A stretch of 35,221 bases of DNA from Mesotaenium endlicherianum (Eukaryota): positions 220,649 through 255,869 of the forward strand of contig WELA01002449.1 of NCBI GenBank assembly GCA_009602735.1, read 5' to 3'. Below the pieces are notes generated by a model. The model saw only the letters and a program-made list of their open reading frames with translations, was not told the DNA's origin and searched no databases. The translations under genes were made by a program, and so were the position numbers. Position 1 is the stretch's first letter; each line of letters starts with the position of its first letter. Positions 22,071-33,034 of this stretch are shown piece by piece.

Positions 22071-22537
22071 ACTCTGTGGAGCCTGAGCAGGTAGCTAGGA
22101 AGTGGTGGCATCGCCTGTATTGGGGCTTGTTTGATGGTTCCATTGCTAATGCGTACATATTGTATAAGCTGGCCCACCCTGGTGCTGACAGATACTTGTT
22201 CATGTTGCAACTAGTGAGGGAGATGTCGGAGTGGGTACATCCTCGCGACACGCAGACCAGGTCAAGTACAGCAGGAGCTGCTGGAGAGCAGAGGTGGATT
22301 GGGAGGCACTTTTCTGACAAGGTGAAGAAAGGAGAAAGGGCAAGCTGTGTGGTGTGTAGTGCTAAGTACTTTGACTTAGGAGCTGCAGCAAGGAAGAAGA
22401 GGTACCAGTTTATGTGTATACCTTGTAACGTTGCCTTACATCCCACTCCTTGCTTTCAAAAATTTCACACTACCAGAAACATAGAGCATCTAGATTGTGG
22501 TAGGAAGAGGTTGCCCACTGGTGCCCCTAAGCAGTAG
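22071..22537 (+). pseudogene. piggyBac-family transposase, 3' part with C-terminal cysteine-rich domain
   Basis: RKWWHRLYWGLFDGSIANAYILY and CVVC...CIPCNVALHPTPCFQKFH. Rejoins the 5' part in frame (LTDN-Y-SVEPEQ) when element A and one CAACT are removed. Confidence 0.92.
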
Positions 22538-23212
22538 CATAGATGAAAGGTGCATAACTCTAGGTCGATTTTGTTTTTTGCTCACATCATCTGCCATAGA
22601 CAATATTTTCCGACGCGTCAGCCATGGAGCCATATATGACAAGAGTTATAATTTCTGCTTTATATATTTTTGGTGCTTTCATGTTTCAGAGTGCCTGTGT
22701 AGGGTATACTAAGCATGCCTGAACTTGTTTCTATGATTTCCATTACAAAAGTTATGCACCAAACAATAAATCTGCATGATGCACTTCTTAGTTTCCCCAT
22801 GAGACTAATGACCAAAAAACTTGGAATCAATATGGGTCCCAAACTTTGGGTTGGTGTAGCAGCTAGGGTACTGAATGAATCGTATATCTGTAAAGTGCAT
22901 TGTCCTCCTTGCATCAGGATGTATACTGGAAAACATCAGAATCTAAAAATTAGTTGTACTTTTTTGAATATTATGCTGAGAAGAAATGTACTTGTGGGAC
23001 CTCACACGTGTGTTCCCCTTGTAGTACAAAAAAAGCAGCCAAAACAATCCCGAAAAAATCGGAAGAAGTACATTGCCAGATTGCTTACCCAAAGTAGATT
23101 CAGTACATGTATGGCTTTATGTACCACATAAGCACTAATTTTAGTATGAGCATTCAAAGATAGGCTGTTGTAGTGTTCGTTTTGGTCCTAAAGGCAGTAA
23201 ATATAATATTAA

Positions 23213-23555
23213 AAACCAATTTGCTTGCCCCCTGCAATTTGCGTGTTCCAAAAAAATGCATTTTACGTGCCCCATAAAAAGTGTGTGCTGTGTGCCCCCC
23301 TTGATCATCGCATCTTGTGTGCCCCGGTGGACACCGTTTTGGTGCGGCCCCAAAAATAGCATTTTGCGAGCCCTTGGTATAAGCATTTTGCGTGCATAAT
23401 GAAATTGCATTTTGCTGCATCATCAAATTGGTGTTATGCGTGGCCCCTTCAACATTAATTTTTGTGTCCCAATGGAAGTATTTTGCGTGCCGCCTTAAAC
23501 AATGCAATATGCGTGCTTGCATGCTCCCCAAAAAAGACTTTATGTGCCCCCTACA
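23213..23555. repeat. Degenerate ~22-24-bp minisatellite, right part
   Basis: More than ten variants of CATTTTGCGTGCCCC, in the same orientation as 3215-3591. Confidence 0.7.
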
Positions 23556-24734
23556 AATTAACTTGTGCCGTTCAAGGGCTCAAACGAGGTCTTTTGCCTG
23601 TTCCATACAAATTGGAAAACGTACCCTTGTGGAGTGTGGACAAAGAGTGTATACATAGAGACCATTTTGTTTTGTGAATCAAAGCTAGTCAAAAAATAGG
23701 GTACCTTACATAAAAGTATAATAAGATCTAGCTCCCTCATTCCCAATAGTGTTACATTAATTTATTTCTAAATGTTCATATATTAATGTTTTGAACATTA
23801 AATGCCATTATGATTAGGCGACCTCTGTTGAAGTAGGAGATTACATTGTCCTATACTTGACAACAAGTATTGAAAAATAAATCATGTTTGTTGCTGATTG
23901 ATTCTAACCGTTGGCTGTTGACATCGTGTTTGATCTTAGGAGGCATCTCACTGACACAAGATGCTAGTAAGTGTTTATTGCCTAACTTTGTTTATTTTAC
24001 AATAAGGAAGTTTGACAATTTTGCTTCTTGTCCATTTGTTGTTCGTATTGTAAACCAAAAAGTCAACCACATTAATGCTTGTGTCCTGTTTCATGGAGGC
24101 AGACTCGAAGACACTAGAAATACCTTGTGCACAAAGAACTATTGTTTGATGTTTGCATGAAATTAGTCATTCCAAAAGTCCACCATCTATTTGTCACTCA
24201 TATCGGTCTTTTCTCTTATATTCCGTAAACAAGTTGTAGGGATATATGGAGAAACAGACCACTTGGCAACGAGTCCACCGATCATTGCAAAACGCAGGAT
24301 TCCCACTGGTCACATCCAAAAGCCAGCCATGCAGTGCAAGTGTGGAACGGCCTGGTTGCATCGCACCTCTCACGTGCAGCACAGGTGACAACATTACTTG
24401 TGTCACACCATAGATGAAAAAACATGGAGAAGGTCCTCCTAGCAGTAGCCACACATGCTGCACCTGCTCACGGGTGCTGGATGGGCAACACAGAGAGGAG
24501 CCATCGACGGTAAGTGTGTGAGCGAAGATCAACACGTGCCTTGCAAGATTCCGGTGCCAAGCTGTTGTAGGAGGTGTTGCAAGAGGAGGGTATCCTCTGT
24601 TGGCCAACACAACAAATTTCACTAACTCCAAAGTTTGCGTGCGTCATGGTATCTTGCAAAAAAATTGGCACAATTTTCATTTGGGAATTAGTGAAAGACA
24701 CTGAGAGGAACTACAAGGAGATGCTATTGTTACC

Positions 24735-25077
24735 ACATACTCATTTTCATGATGGGAGAAGATCAAAGCAAGGACGTTATCTTGCAGACGATTGAACAAC
24801 AAAGGAATACAAGTGCAAAACATTGGATTGTTGGGCAGCCAAATCTAGCACAAAGTCAACATTAAAGTATGATCTTGCAAGAGCCAAAGAGCTGAAGACC
24901 ATTTTTGACACACTCACTTTCACGGTGGGAGAAGGTCAAGGCGAGGCCGTTATCTTGCAAGCAGTTGGAACAACAAAAGAATACGAGTACGGCAAACCAT
25001 TGGATTGTTGGCCAACTAAATCCAGCACACAGTCACTATTTAAGTATGACTTTGCAAGAGCCAAAAAGCTGAAGAAC
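24735..25077 (+). repeat. Two diverged ~175-bp tandem copies, apparently decayed coding repeats
   Basis: TTGGATTGTTGG at 24823 and 25000 (177 bp, 59 codons apart); peptides DCWAAKSSTKSTLKYDLARAKELK and DCWPTKSSTQSLFKYDFARAKKLK. Confidence 0.7.
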
Positions 25078-25133
25078 TCTATAGAAATTCAAGCCTTGCA
25101 ATTTAACCTCTAGTGCAAAAACTCAACAATAGC

Positions 25134-25853
25134 TGTAATGAATCAGTATATTGGTTGATATAATATTCATTTAAATATAACAGTTAAATAAGTTCAGCCT
25201 GCTGAACTCTAGTTAATAATCAGTCTGCTGGACTTTATATTTAATATCAGTTTAATGACTCAGGCGAAAGCAGCAGGCTGAAGTCAGCTTAAGTCAGCTT
25301 GCTGACACATTCTTTGACAGCCAGCTGACTTCCGTACTCGGTAGCAGCGAACTGCCTCGATATGCATCTAAGTGTGGTATGCTAGATGAATGGCCAGATG
25401 ACATCCCTATGATGGATGGCGATTCGGGATGATGGGAGATGGCGGTGGATTTGGTTAACCGAGGTCCTACCAACGTGGTTAACTCTCGGGTAGGGGTTTC
25501 CATCGCACTGGCCGTTGAACAGTAAACTCATTCCATGTACATATGCTAGGCATTGCTCTCAAGTTCGGCAATCGGAAACAAGGCCAACTCTCTTGTACAG
25601 CTTACTGAGAGAGATCTGAATCCAAGGCGAGAAGCCATTGATACGCACCGTCTTCTAACCTTGCTTATGTATGAGTTTACTTAGTGCATTATTGATGCTA
25701 GTTTACTCGCATTTGATTTACGAGTGTTGTTCACTGCTAGTGTGTTGTCCTTTTGCCGTTTAATCAATTAACGGAAAATCCATAAAGATTACTTGCTGAT
25801 AGAAAGATCTTTATTAATTGTTAATTGCCTATTTGGTAAGTCGATTCATTTTA
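25134..25853 (+). repeat. 5' LTR of element C
   Basis: Reverse complement of the B LTRs; TGTAATG start, terminal CA mutated to TA. Confidence 0.95.
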
Positions 25854-25887
25854 GTGGTATCCGAGCAGTTATCACAGTCTTCTTTGT

Positions 25888-27366
25888 ATGGTAAGGACAA
25901 GGTCTCAAACTAGCAACTCCCAAGACATGGAAAACCAGGATAACGAGAATGTCAAAAACCAGGCGGAAAGCCATGTAGCGGGAACCCGTACCTATTCTGA
26001 AGCAGTGGCAGATACTGCAGCTAGAGAGGCTGCAGATGAGGCAGCTGCTATTGTCGCAGTTGCAACACAGCAAGCTGAGGAAAAGAGAGCCAGATTAGAA
26101 GCTGAACAATTAGCAAAGGCCGCTGAAGATACATAAAGGAGGGAAGGACAGCCAGCTGACGAGCGCACTGTTGAAGAACTTATGGCAGCAAGGGCCAATG
26201 TTCTGAACCCACCTCCTGCTGTACAACTCAATGTACCCCTAGGTCAAATACGTGACCGGCTGAATGCGGCAGGAATTGCTGCTGCAGGAGCAAGAGGGAT
26301 TGTTGAGGACACTACTCAGCGAGTAGATGCCAATGCTGCTGCTGCATTTGCTAATCTACCACCCCAAAATGTAGACTTGGGAGCATTGTTCGTTCAGATG
26401 CAGTCGCAAATGGCGACCATGTATCAGTCCCAGCAGGAGGACAAAAGAATCATAATGTCCCTACTCCGGGACAGAGACCAACTGGGGTCTCACACCACTA
26501 GTGGTGGTGGCCGAGGGCCTAGTAAGCCCAAGCCGAAACCTCCCCAGGACTATGATCCTGAGGGAAACAGAAAATATTACCTGATCAAGTTTCTCGCGGA
26601 TGTTGAGCAGTGGCTGGAGAACTACCCAGAACTGCAAGATTACGAGAAGGTCAGGCACACCGGTGCGCTACTGAAAGGCAGTGCCGCAGACTGGTGGCTT
26701 TACTGGAAGGAAGAGCGTAAGGCTCGGCAACTCGGTGACCCTACGTGGGTAGAGTTTGTCGAGAAGTTGCATGAGAAGTTTGATGTCATCAACCAGCAGG
26801 AGAAAGCTATCTATGCGATGATCTCCCTGACACTGAAGCAGACCACTTCAGTTGCTGAGTTTGCTCAAAAGTTCCAAGAGAACATGATGAAGCAGCCTGA
26901 TTTGCCAGAACGGTATAGGATAGCATACTTCAGGTATGGCTTGAAATCCGAGGTCTCTGGTCATTTTGCTGAGAAAAAGTATGAGAAACTGGCTGACTTG
27001 ATCCAGGATGCTGACGCCTGGGATCAGCAGCAGTTCAATCACAAGCGCCAGAGTAACGCTTTGGTGTCTAAGATTGTCAAAAAGCCCCACGGTTCCTACA
27101 ATGCAGTTGAAGGAGACCAGGCTGAGGATAATCAGGGTGATGAATATGAGTATGAGTACAATGCTATTCAGTCTAGAGGTAGAGGTGGTCCCTCTCGAGG
27201 TGGCTATGGAAGGGGTGGTGGTAGGACTAAGCCGAGACCAGCCTCAGCAAAATCTACTTGCTACCATTGTCAGCAGAAAGGCCACTACAGAGAACAGTGT
27301 CCGGTCAAGCACCTGCCTAAGGTCGAGAGAAAAGACCAGCCTTTAAAAGACAGCAACAGTCAGTAA
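25888..27366 (+). pseudogene. gag: gag of element C (premature stop)
   Basis: Collinear with B gag; CAA->TAA at 26134-26136. Confidence 0.94.
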
Positions 27367-30300
27367 TCCAGTCTACTGACTGTGAGGATGCTAGAGATAG
27401 TGAGTCGTCACTAGCTGCCCTCGTAGCAGGTATTATGGGTCCTGCTGAACTGGATTCACTATGCATGCCTGACAACCAGATAAAGGAGACCATCAGCAAT
27501 ATAGACGTCCAGAGAGTGCACACTCTGGATGCTCTTGTTCCACCTGATGTCCAACATTTCTTTGCTACGTCAGGAGAACAATGCGAAAGTCAGGAAAAGA
27601 CAGTCCCCCCTATCCTACTGCATTGCATGATTGCAGGTAGGAAGGTGAGGGCATTTGTTGACGGAGGGGCGTCACATACTTTTATCCACAAGGACTTAGT
27701 TAAGCGGCTAAGGCTGCCTACTGTCACCCAAGGGAATAGAAAAATATTCCTTGGAGATGCCTCAAGTATCCCGGGAGGAGTTATAACCAAGCCTATTGAG
27801 GTCCAGTTAGGTTCTGGCATTGCAGTTCTAACTGAAACGCTTACATTTGAGGTACTCAACACTGGCTTTTATGATCTCGTGCTAGGCAGGTCCTGGCTTA
27901 ATAGACATCAAGCTGAAGTGTGTTGGAGCAGAGGTACAGTTAAAGTGAGAGGAGCCAGTGATGGGCAGACTGACTTGGCACCCACCAGTGCTCTTCCTCT
28001 TGTCCTGTGTGGATGGCAAATGAAGGAAAAGAAGAGGCTTCCAGAAGGATGCAAGTTGCTGAATGCAATGGAGTTCGTCAAAAGCTGGAACCAGAAGGAA
28101 GACAGAATGTTCTGTCTGCTGCTAAGAGAGGTACCTCCTCAACCTGAAGAAGTGGTGGAGAAAAAGGTAAGCCCTCCGGAGCACCCTACTGTTGCAAAAA
28201 TCGTTGCTCAGTACACGGATGTATTTAATATGCCTCCAGGACTACTCCGTAAGAGGGAAGTAGATCATAGGATTGATGTATTACCGGGTAGTCAGCCACC
28301 TTGGCAACGCACTTATGGCTTGTCTTATGTGGAGAGCGAGGAGTTGAAAACACAGATTGCAGAGCTTGAGGAAAATGGTTATATTTCCCCCAGTAAATCA
28401 CCTTACGGCGCACCCATCCTATTTGTTAAGAAAAAGGATAGCAGTATGCGGATGTGTGTGGATTACAGAGCCCTGAACAGAATTACGGTAAAGAACAAGT
28501 ATGCTTTACCCAAAATCGAGGACTTGCTTGATACCCTGTCTGGTGCTAAGGTGTTCAGTAAGATAGATCTCAGAAGTGGTTATCATCAAATCAGAATTGC
28601 TGAAGGGGATGAACACAAGACTGCCTTCCGCACACGTTATGGACACTATGAGTTCAACGTGATGCCATTTGGACTGACTAATGCTCCCGCAACCTTTATG
28701 GGTGCTATAAATGACATTTTCAGGCCGTATTTGGATAAATTTGTGCAAGTTTTCCTGGATGATATTTTAAATTTGTCTAAAGATGAGACTCAGCACGCTG
28801 AACACTTAAAGACAGTCATGGACATTCTGAGAAAAAATCACTTATATGCTAAAATGAGCAAGTGTGATTTCTTTAAGGAAAGTATTGAATTCTTAGGCCA
28901 CGTTGTCAGTAAAGAGGGCATCAGTGTGGATCCTAAGAAAGTCCAGACCATAAGGGACTGGCCAGTACCACAGTCTGTCTCTGAAGTTAGATCCTTCCTT
29001 GGGTTAGCTAACTACTATAGGAGATTCATTGAGAATTATTCCACAAAGGCCAGTAAACTGACTGACCTTACTAAGAAAGACATCGGGTATGTGTGGGGGG
29101 AAGAGCAGCAGGCTGCCTTCCAGACCCTTAAAGATGCCCTTTGTTCTGCCCCAGTGCTAGCCGTGTATGACCCCAGCAAACCGGTGCAGGTGGTTACTGA
29201 TGCCTCTGATTTTGCCATGGGTGCTATTTTGTTGCAGCCTGCTGACAAAACCACAAAGGATGGTAAGGTACGGCAGGAGTGGCATCCTGTGTTGTATGAG
29301 TCTATGAAATTTAATCCAGCGGAGATTAATTACTCAGTGCATGATAAAGAGTTGCTAGCTATCATTCATGTGCTCAAACAGTGGAGAGCATACTTACATG
29401 GTAAAGCCTTTAAGGTGATTATAGATCATCTAGCTCTGACCTACTTTCAGAAGAAGTCCAAGCTGTCGAGGAGGGAGAACCGCTGGAGCCAGATGCTGGA
29501 GCAGTTCCAAGTCCAGATCGACTACAAACCAGGGAAGTTGAATCCTGCTGATGCACTCTCTAGAAGACCTGACTTGCAAGAAAGGAACTTTAGTCAGCAT
29601 ACTGTAGATAAAGTCCTGTGTGCACTCACTTCACTAAAGGTGAAAAAGTCCTTCCTTGAACAACTTAGGAAAGCCTACCTTTCTGACCCAACATTTGAGC
29701 CCAGCCCCACTACTGGAGTGTGTCGTGCTACTGCACTCGGGTATAAGCTCAAGGGAGGGGTCTGGGTGACTGAAACCACTTCAGGCAGGCTGAAGCTGGT
29801 CGTTCCTAATAATTTAGAAATAAGGTCTCTCTTACTGAGTCAAGCTCATGACAGTCTCCTGGGTGGACATTTGGGGCAGGCCAAAACTGTTGGCAAACTG
29901 GCAAAACATTATCATTGGGAGGGGTTACCCCGGGAGGTCTTGAAATATGTCAAGTCCTGTGACCAGTGTCAGAGAAATAAGGCTCGGCACACACCACCCG
30001 GAGGTCTCTTGCAACCGCTACCCATCCCAGCGGGACGCTGGGAAACTATATCCATGGACTGGGTGGTCACACTGCCACGAACGGCTAACGGGCATGATTC
30101 GATATTGGTAGTCGTGGATAAACTGACAAAAATGGTAATTTTCATTCCCACAACTGCCAAAGTAACTGCACTCGAAACAGCGAGACAGTTCTACAACCAT
30201 GTAGTATGCAACATGGACTACCCTCTAATATCATCTCAGACAGAGACTCAAAATTTACCTCCAAGTTCTGGAGAGCTTTAATGGGGTTAATGGGAGTCAA

Positions 30301-31142
30301 ACAGTTGCTCAGCACAGCAAAGCACCCTCAGACTGATGGGCAGACTGAAAGAACTAACCGAGTTCTGCAGGAGGTGCTGAGAGCATATATTAACCAAAAA
30401 CAAGATAATTGTTGCCTCAAATTCAATTTGCGGTCAACAGTGCGGTGCACGCGTCAACGGGCAAGACTCCTTTTGAACTCAGCCTGGGTAGAGTCCCTAA
30501 GTCTCCTCTAGATCTACTGGAGGAGTCTTTAACTGACCCTGAAGGGATTGACAATCCGGTCTCCCTCGAGTTAACTCAGGAGTTTGCTGACACCCTGTCA
30601 AAAGTCCAACAAAACTTGCACAAAGCCCAAGAAAACCAACAAAAATACGCTAATCAACACCGTCGGGAGCTGACATTTTCTAAGGGCGATTTAGTCAAAC
30701 TGCATTCTCAGCACCTGTACCTCCCTGGTGTGGTCAAGAAAAAGCTTGGCCCTGTCTGGGTCGGTCCATATTCGGTAGTGCGTCGTGTCGGTCAGAATGT
30801 TTACAAACTGAACATGTCAGCGGACTATAAGGGTCACCCGGTCTTTAATGTCTCCTTCCTGGAACCATACATCAAAGGTGATACACTGTTCACAGGTCGG
30901 TTACCTGTCCAACCGAGACCGGTCCCCGTTGTCCGGGACGGCGACCCTGAAGAATATGAGGTCGATGAGATTTTTTAGACGCTCGCTCGGTCCGTCGATC
31001 GTCTAAATATGTCATGAAGTACCTCATCCGATGGAAGGGTTACGATGCCTCTGGGGACACTTGGGGGTTTAAAGACCAGCTGACCAATGCCAAAGGGGCG
31101 TTGAAACGGTTCCACCTTCGGGCGGCTGGGGCACCGCCCTAA
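27342..31142 (+). pseudogene. pol: pol of element C (frameshifted in integrase and chromodomain)
   Basis: Collinear with B pol; same slippery site and hairpin (27342-27383); 1-bp deletion near 30210, 10-bp deletion near 30410, extra Ts near 30975. Confidence 0.95.
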
Positions 31143-31477
31143 CTGTCCCTTCAGTAGACATGGGAAGGTGACAGGAGGTCCTGTCTCCATATAAGTTGGA
31201 GGGGGATGTGACAGTTAGTGACAGTTGTGACAGGCAGCCCACCTTTATAATTAAGTTGGAGGAAGTGGTATTCTGTTGCGGGATCAGCCGGAAAATCTCT
31301 GATAACCATATTACACACTCAACCTGCGCTCACACTCACTTTCTCTCCCTTATATTCACTCACACCAGGTATTTCACACTAGGAACTCTCTCGATCGCGT
31401 TCCTCTTCATCAAGAGCATTCAGTAGCGGCAAAATATCATGACTTCACTAACTGCATTGTGTTTATGATTGAGCAGG

Positions 31478-32200
31478 ATGACTCAAAAGTCGAAACTCAA
31501 GAGGAAGAGAAGGGCGGAAGAGGCACATGCAGAATACTTGCAATTCCGTGGAGACATCGAATCATCCTCCATCTCCGCTCGGGAATCACAACGACTCCAA
31601 CAACAGCGAGAGGCACAGAAGAAGAAGGAGGAGGAGGAACAGGCCAGACTGAGGCAGGAAGAACTGGACAGAAAAGCCACAGAGGAGGCCAAGAAAGCAG
31701 AGGAGGAGAGGCAAGCTGAGGAGAAGCGGAAGCAGCAGGCTGAAGAAGAGCAAAGGAGAATCAGCAGCTACCGCTACACAGTACTGGGCAAGGGCTTTGA
31801 TCTACTGGAGGAGGCCTTCAAGTATGCTCAGAGAAGTCGCAGTGAGTCACAGAAGGACATCCTCCAGAGGGAAGGGGAGACATCCGAAAACTTTGACAAG
31901 TATATAGAGGTCAGCACGATTACGCCAAGATGGTAGGATTTACGGTCAGAGAGGCCAAGGCAATGGCCCAGGTGAACGAAGCAGGGGCTGTATCAATTCC
32001 TGGTATCTGGGGGGAAGATAGGGTCATCAGGATGATCCCCATGGACGCGGACAGCTTTAAGGACTCTACATCCCATAACAGGTTCAAGGCCATGTATAAT
32101 GAGGTGGAGAGAAGGAGGTGGGAATTCTTGGCCAAGGAAACCAGTCAGCTAGACTTTGCATAGCACTGGTACCCTTGTACTCTTAAAAGGACAGACCCTA
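31478..32200 (+). pseudogene. Divergent ORF3 homologue of element C (frameshift ~31915, stop 32161, cut by D)
   Basis: YRYTVLG, DYAKMVG, IPGIWGEDRVIRM, DSFKD, YNEVERRRWEFLAKE and HWYPCTL align with B ORF3 YRYTVVG, DYAKMVG, IPGIVGDQRLIRM, DSFKD, YNEVERRSWEYLARE and HWFPCKL. Confidence 0.9.
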
Positions 32201-32921
32201 TGAAATGTATCGACTTACCAAATAGGCGATTAACAATTAATAAAGATCTTTATATCAGCAAGTAATCTTTATGGTACTTTCCGTTAACTGTTTTAACGGC
32301 AAAAGGACAACGCACTAGCAGTGAATAATACTCGTCAGTCAAATGAGAGTAAACTAGCATCAATAATGCAAATCAGTAAACTCATACATAAGCAAGGTTA
32401 GAAGACAGTGCGTATCAATGGCTTCTCGCCTTGGATTCAGATCTCTCTCAGTAAGCTGTACAAGAGAGTTGGCCTCGTTTCCGAATGCCGAACTCGAGAG
32501 CAATGCCTAGCATATGTACATGGAATGAGTTTACTGTTCAACGGTCAGTGCGATGGCACCGCCTACCCGGGAGTTAACCACGTTGGTAGGACCTCGGTTA
32601 ACCAAATCCACCGCCATCTCCCATCATCCCGAATAGCCATCCATCATAGGGATGTCATCTGGCCATTCATCTAGCATATCGCACTTAGATGCATATCAAG
32701 GCAGTTCGCTGCTACCGAGTACGGAAGTCAGCTGGCTGTCAAAGAATGTGTCAGCAAGCTGACTTAAGTTGACTTCAGCCTGCTGCTTCCGGCTGAGTCA
32801 TTAAACTGATAATTATGTAAAGTCCAGCAGACTGACTATTAACTAAAGTTCAGCAGGCTGAACTTAATTAACTATTATATTTAAATGAATATTATATCCA
32901 CTAATATACTGATTCATTACA
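32201..32921 (-). repeat. 3' LTR of element D
   Basis: Direct repeat of the B LTRs. Confidence 0.96.
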
Positions 32922-33034
32922 ATCCCTCCAACTTAACTTGTTGTCGCCTCGACAACATTAAACTGCAAAAGCTTTAAATAAAGAAACTGACCCTGACCAG
33001 CCTCCCTTACTGACTATCTTTTCAGCCTGTCACC

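Larger units (their letters stand above)
3592..23208 (+). mobile_element. piggyBac-like DNA transposon, decayed, containing nested LTR elements
   Basis: piggyBac-type transposase inside. Candidate ends are TTAA(3588-3591)|CACTAGCTATACTG and CAGTAAATATAATA|TTAA(23209-23212), a 9/14 imperfect inverted repeat. The minisatellite resumes right after the second TTAA. The ends are less certain than the transposase. Confidence 0.6.
25134..32200 (+). mobile_element. Chromovirus C (B family, damaged), interrupted by D; 3' end outside the window
   Basis: 5' LTR, PBS TGGTATCCGAGC (25855-25866), gag, pol and a divergent ORF3; the left flank ATAGC is the predicted TSD. Confidence 0.95.

Noticed and set aside
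22820..22872. Alternative right end of the piggyBac (GTAGCAGCTAGGGTAC)
   Set aside because: It resembles the left terminus but has no TTAA, and the minisatellite does not resume there; it may be a subterminal repeat.
23213..23555. CRISPR-like repeat-spacer array (also 3215-3591 and the LTR palindrome array)
   Set aside because: The repeats are short and degenerate with ~10-bp spacers, the context is eukaryotic, and there are no cas genes.
13994..31142. B and C as a large inverted segmental duplication
   Set aside because: B has its own TSD, the flanks differ and the ORF3 regions differ; they are independent insertions in opposite orientation.
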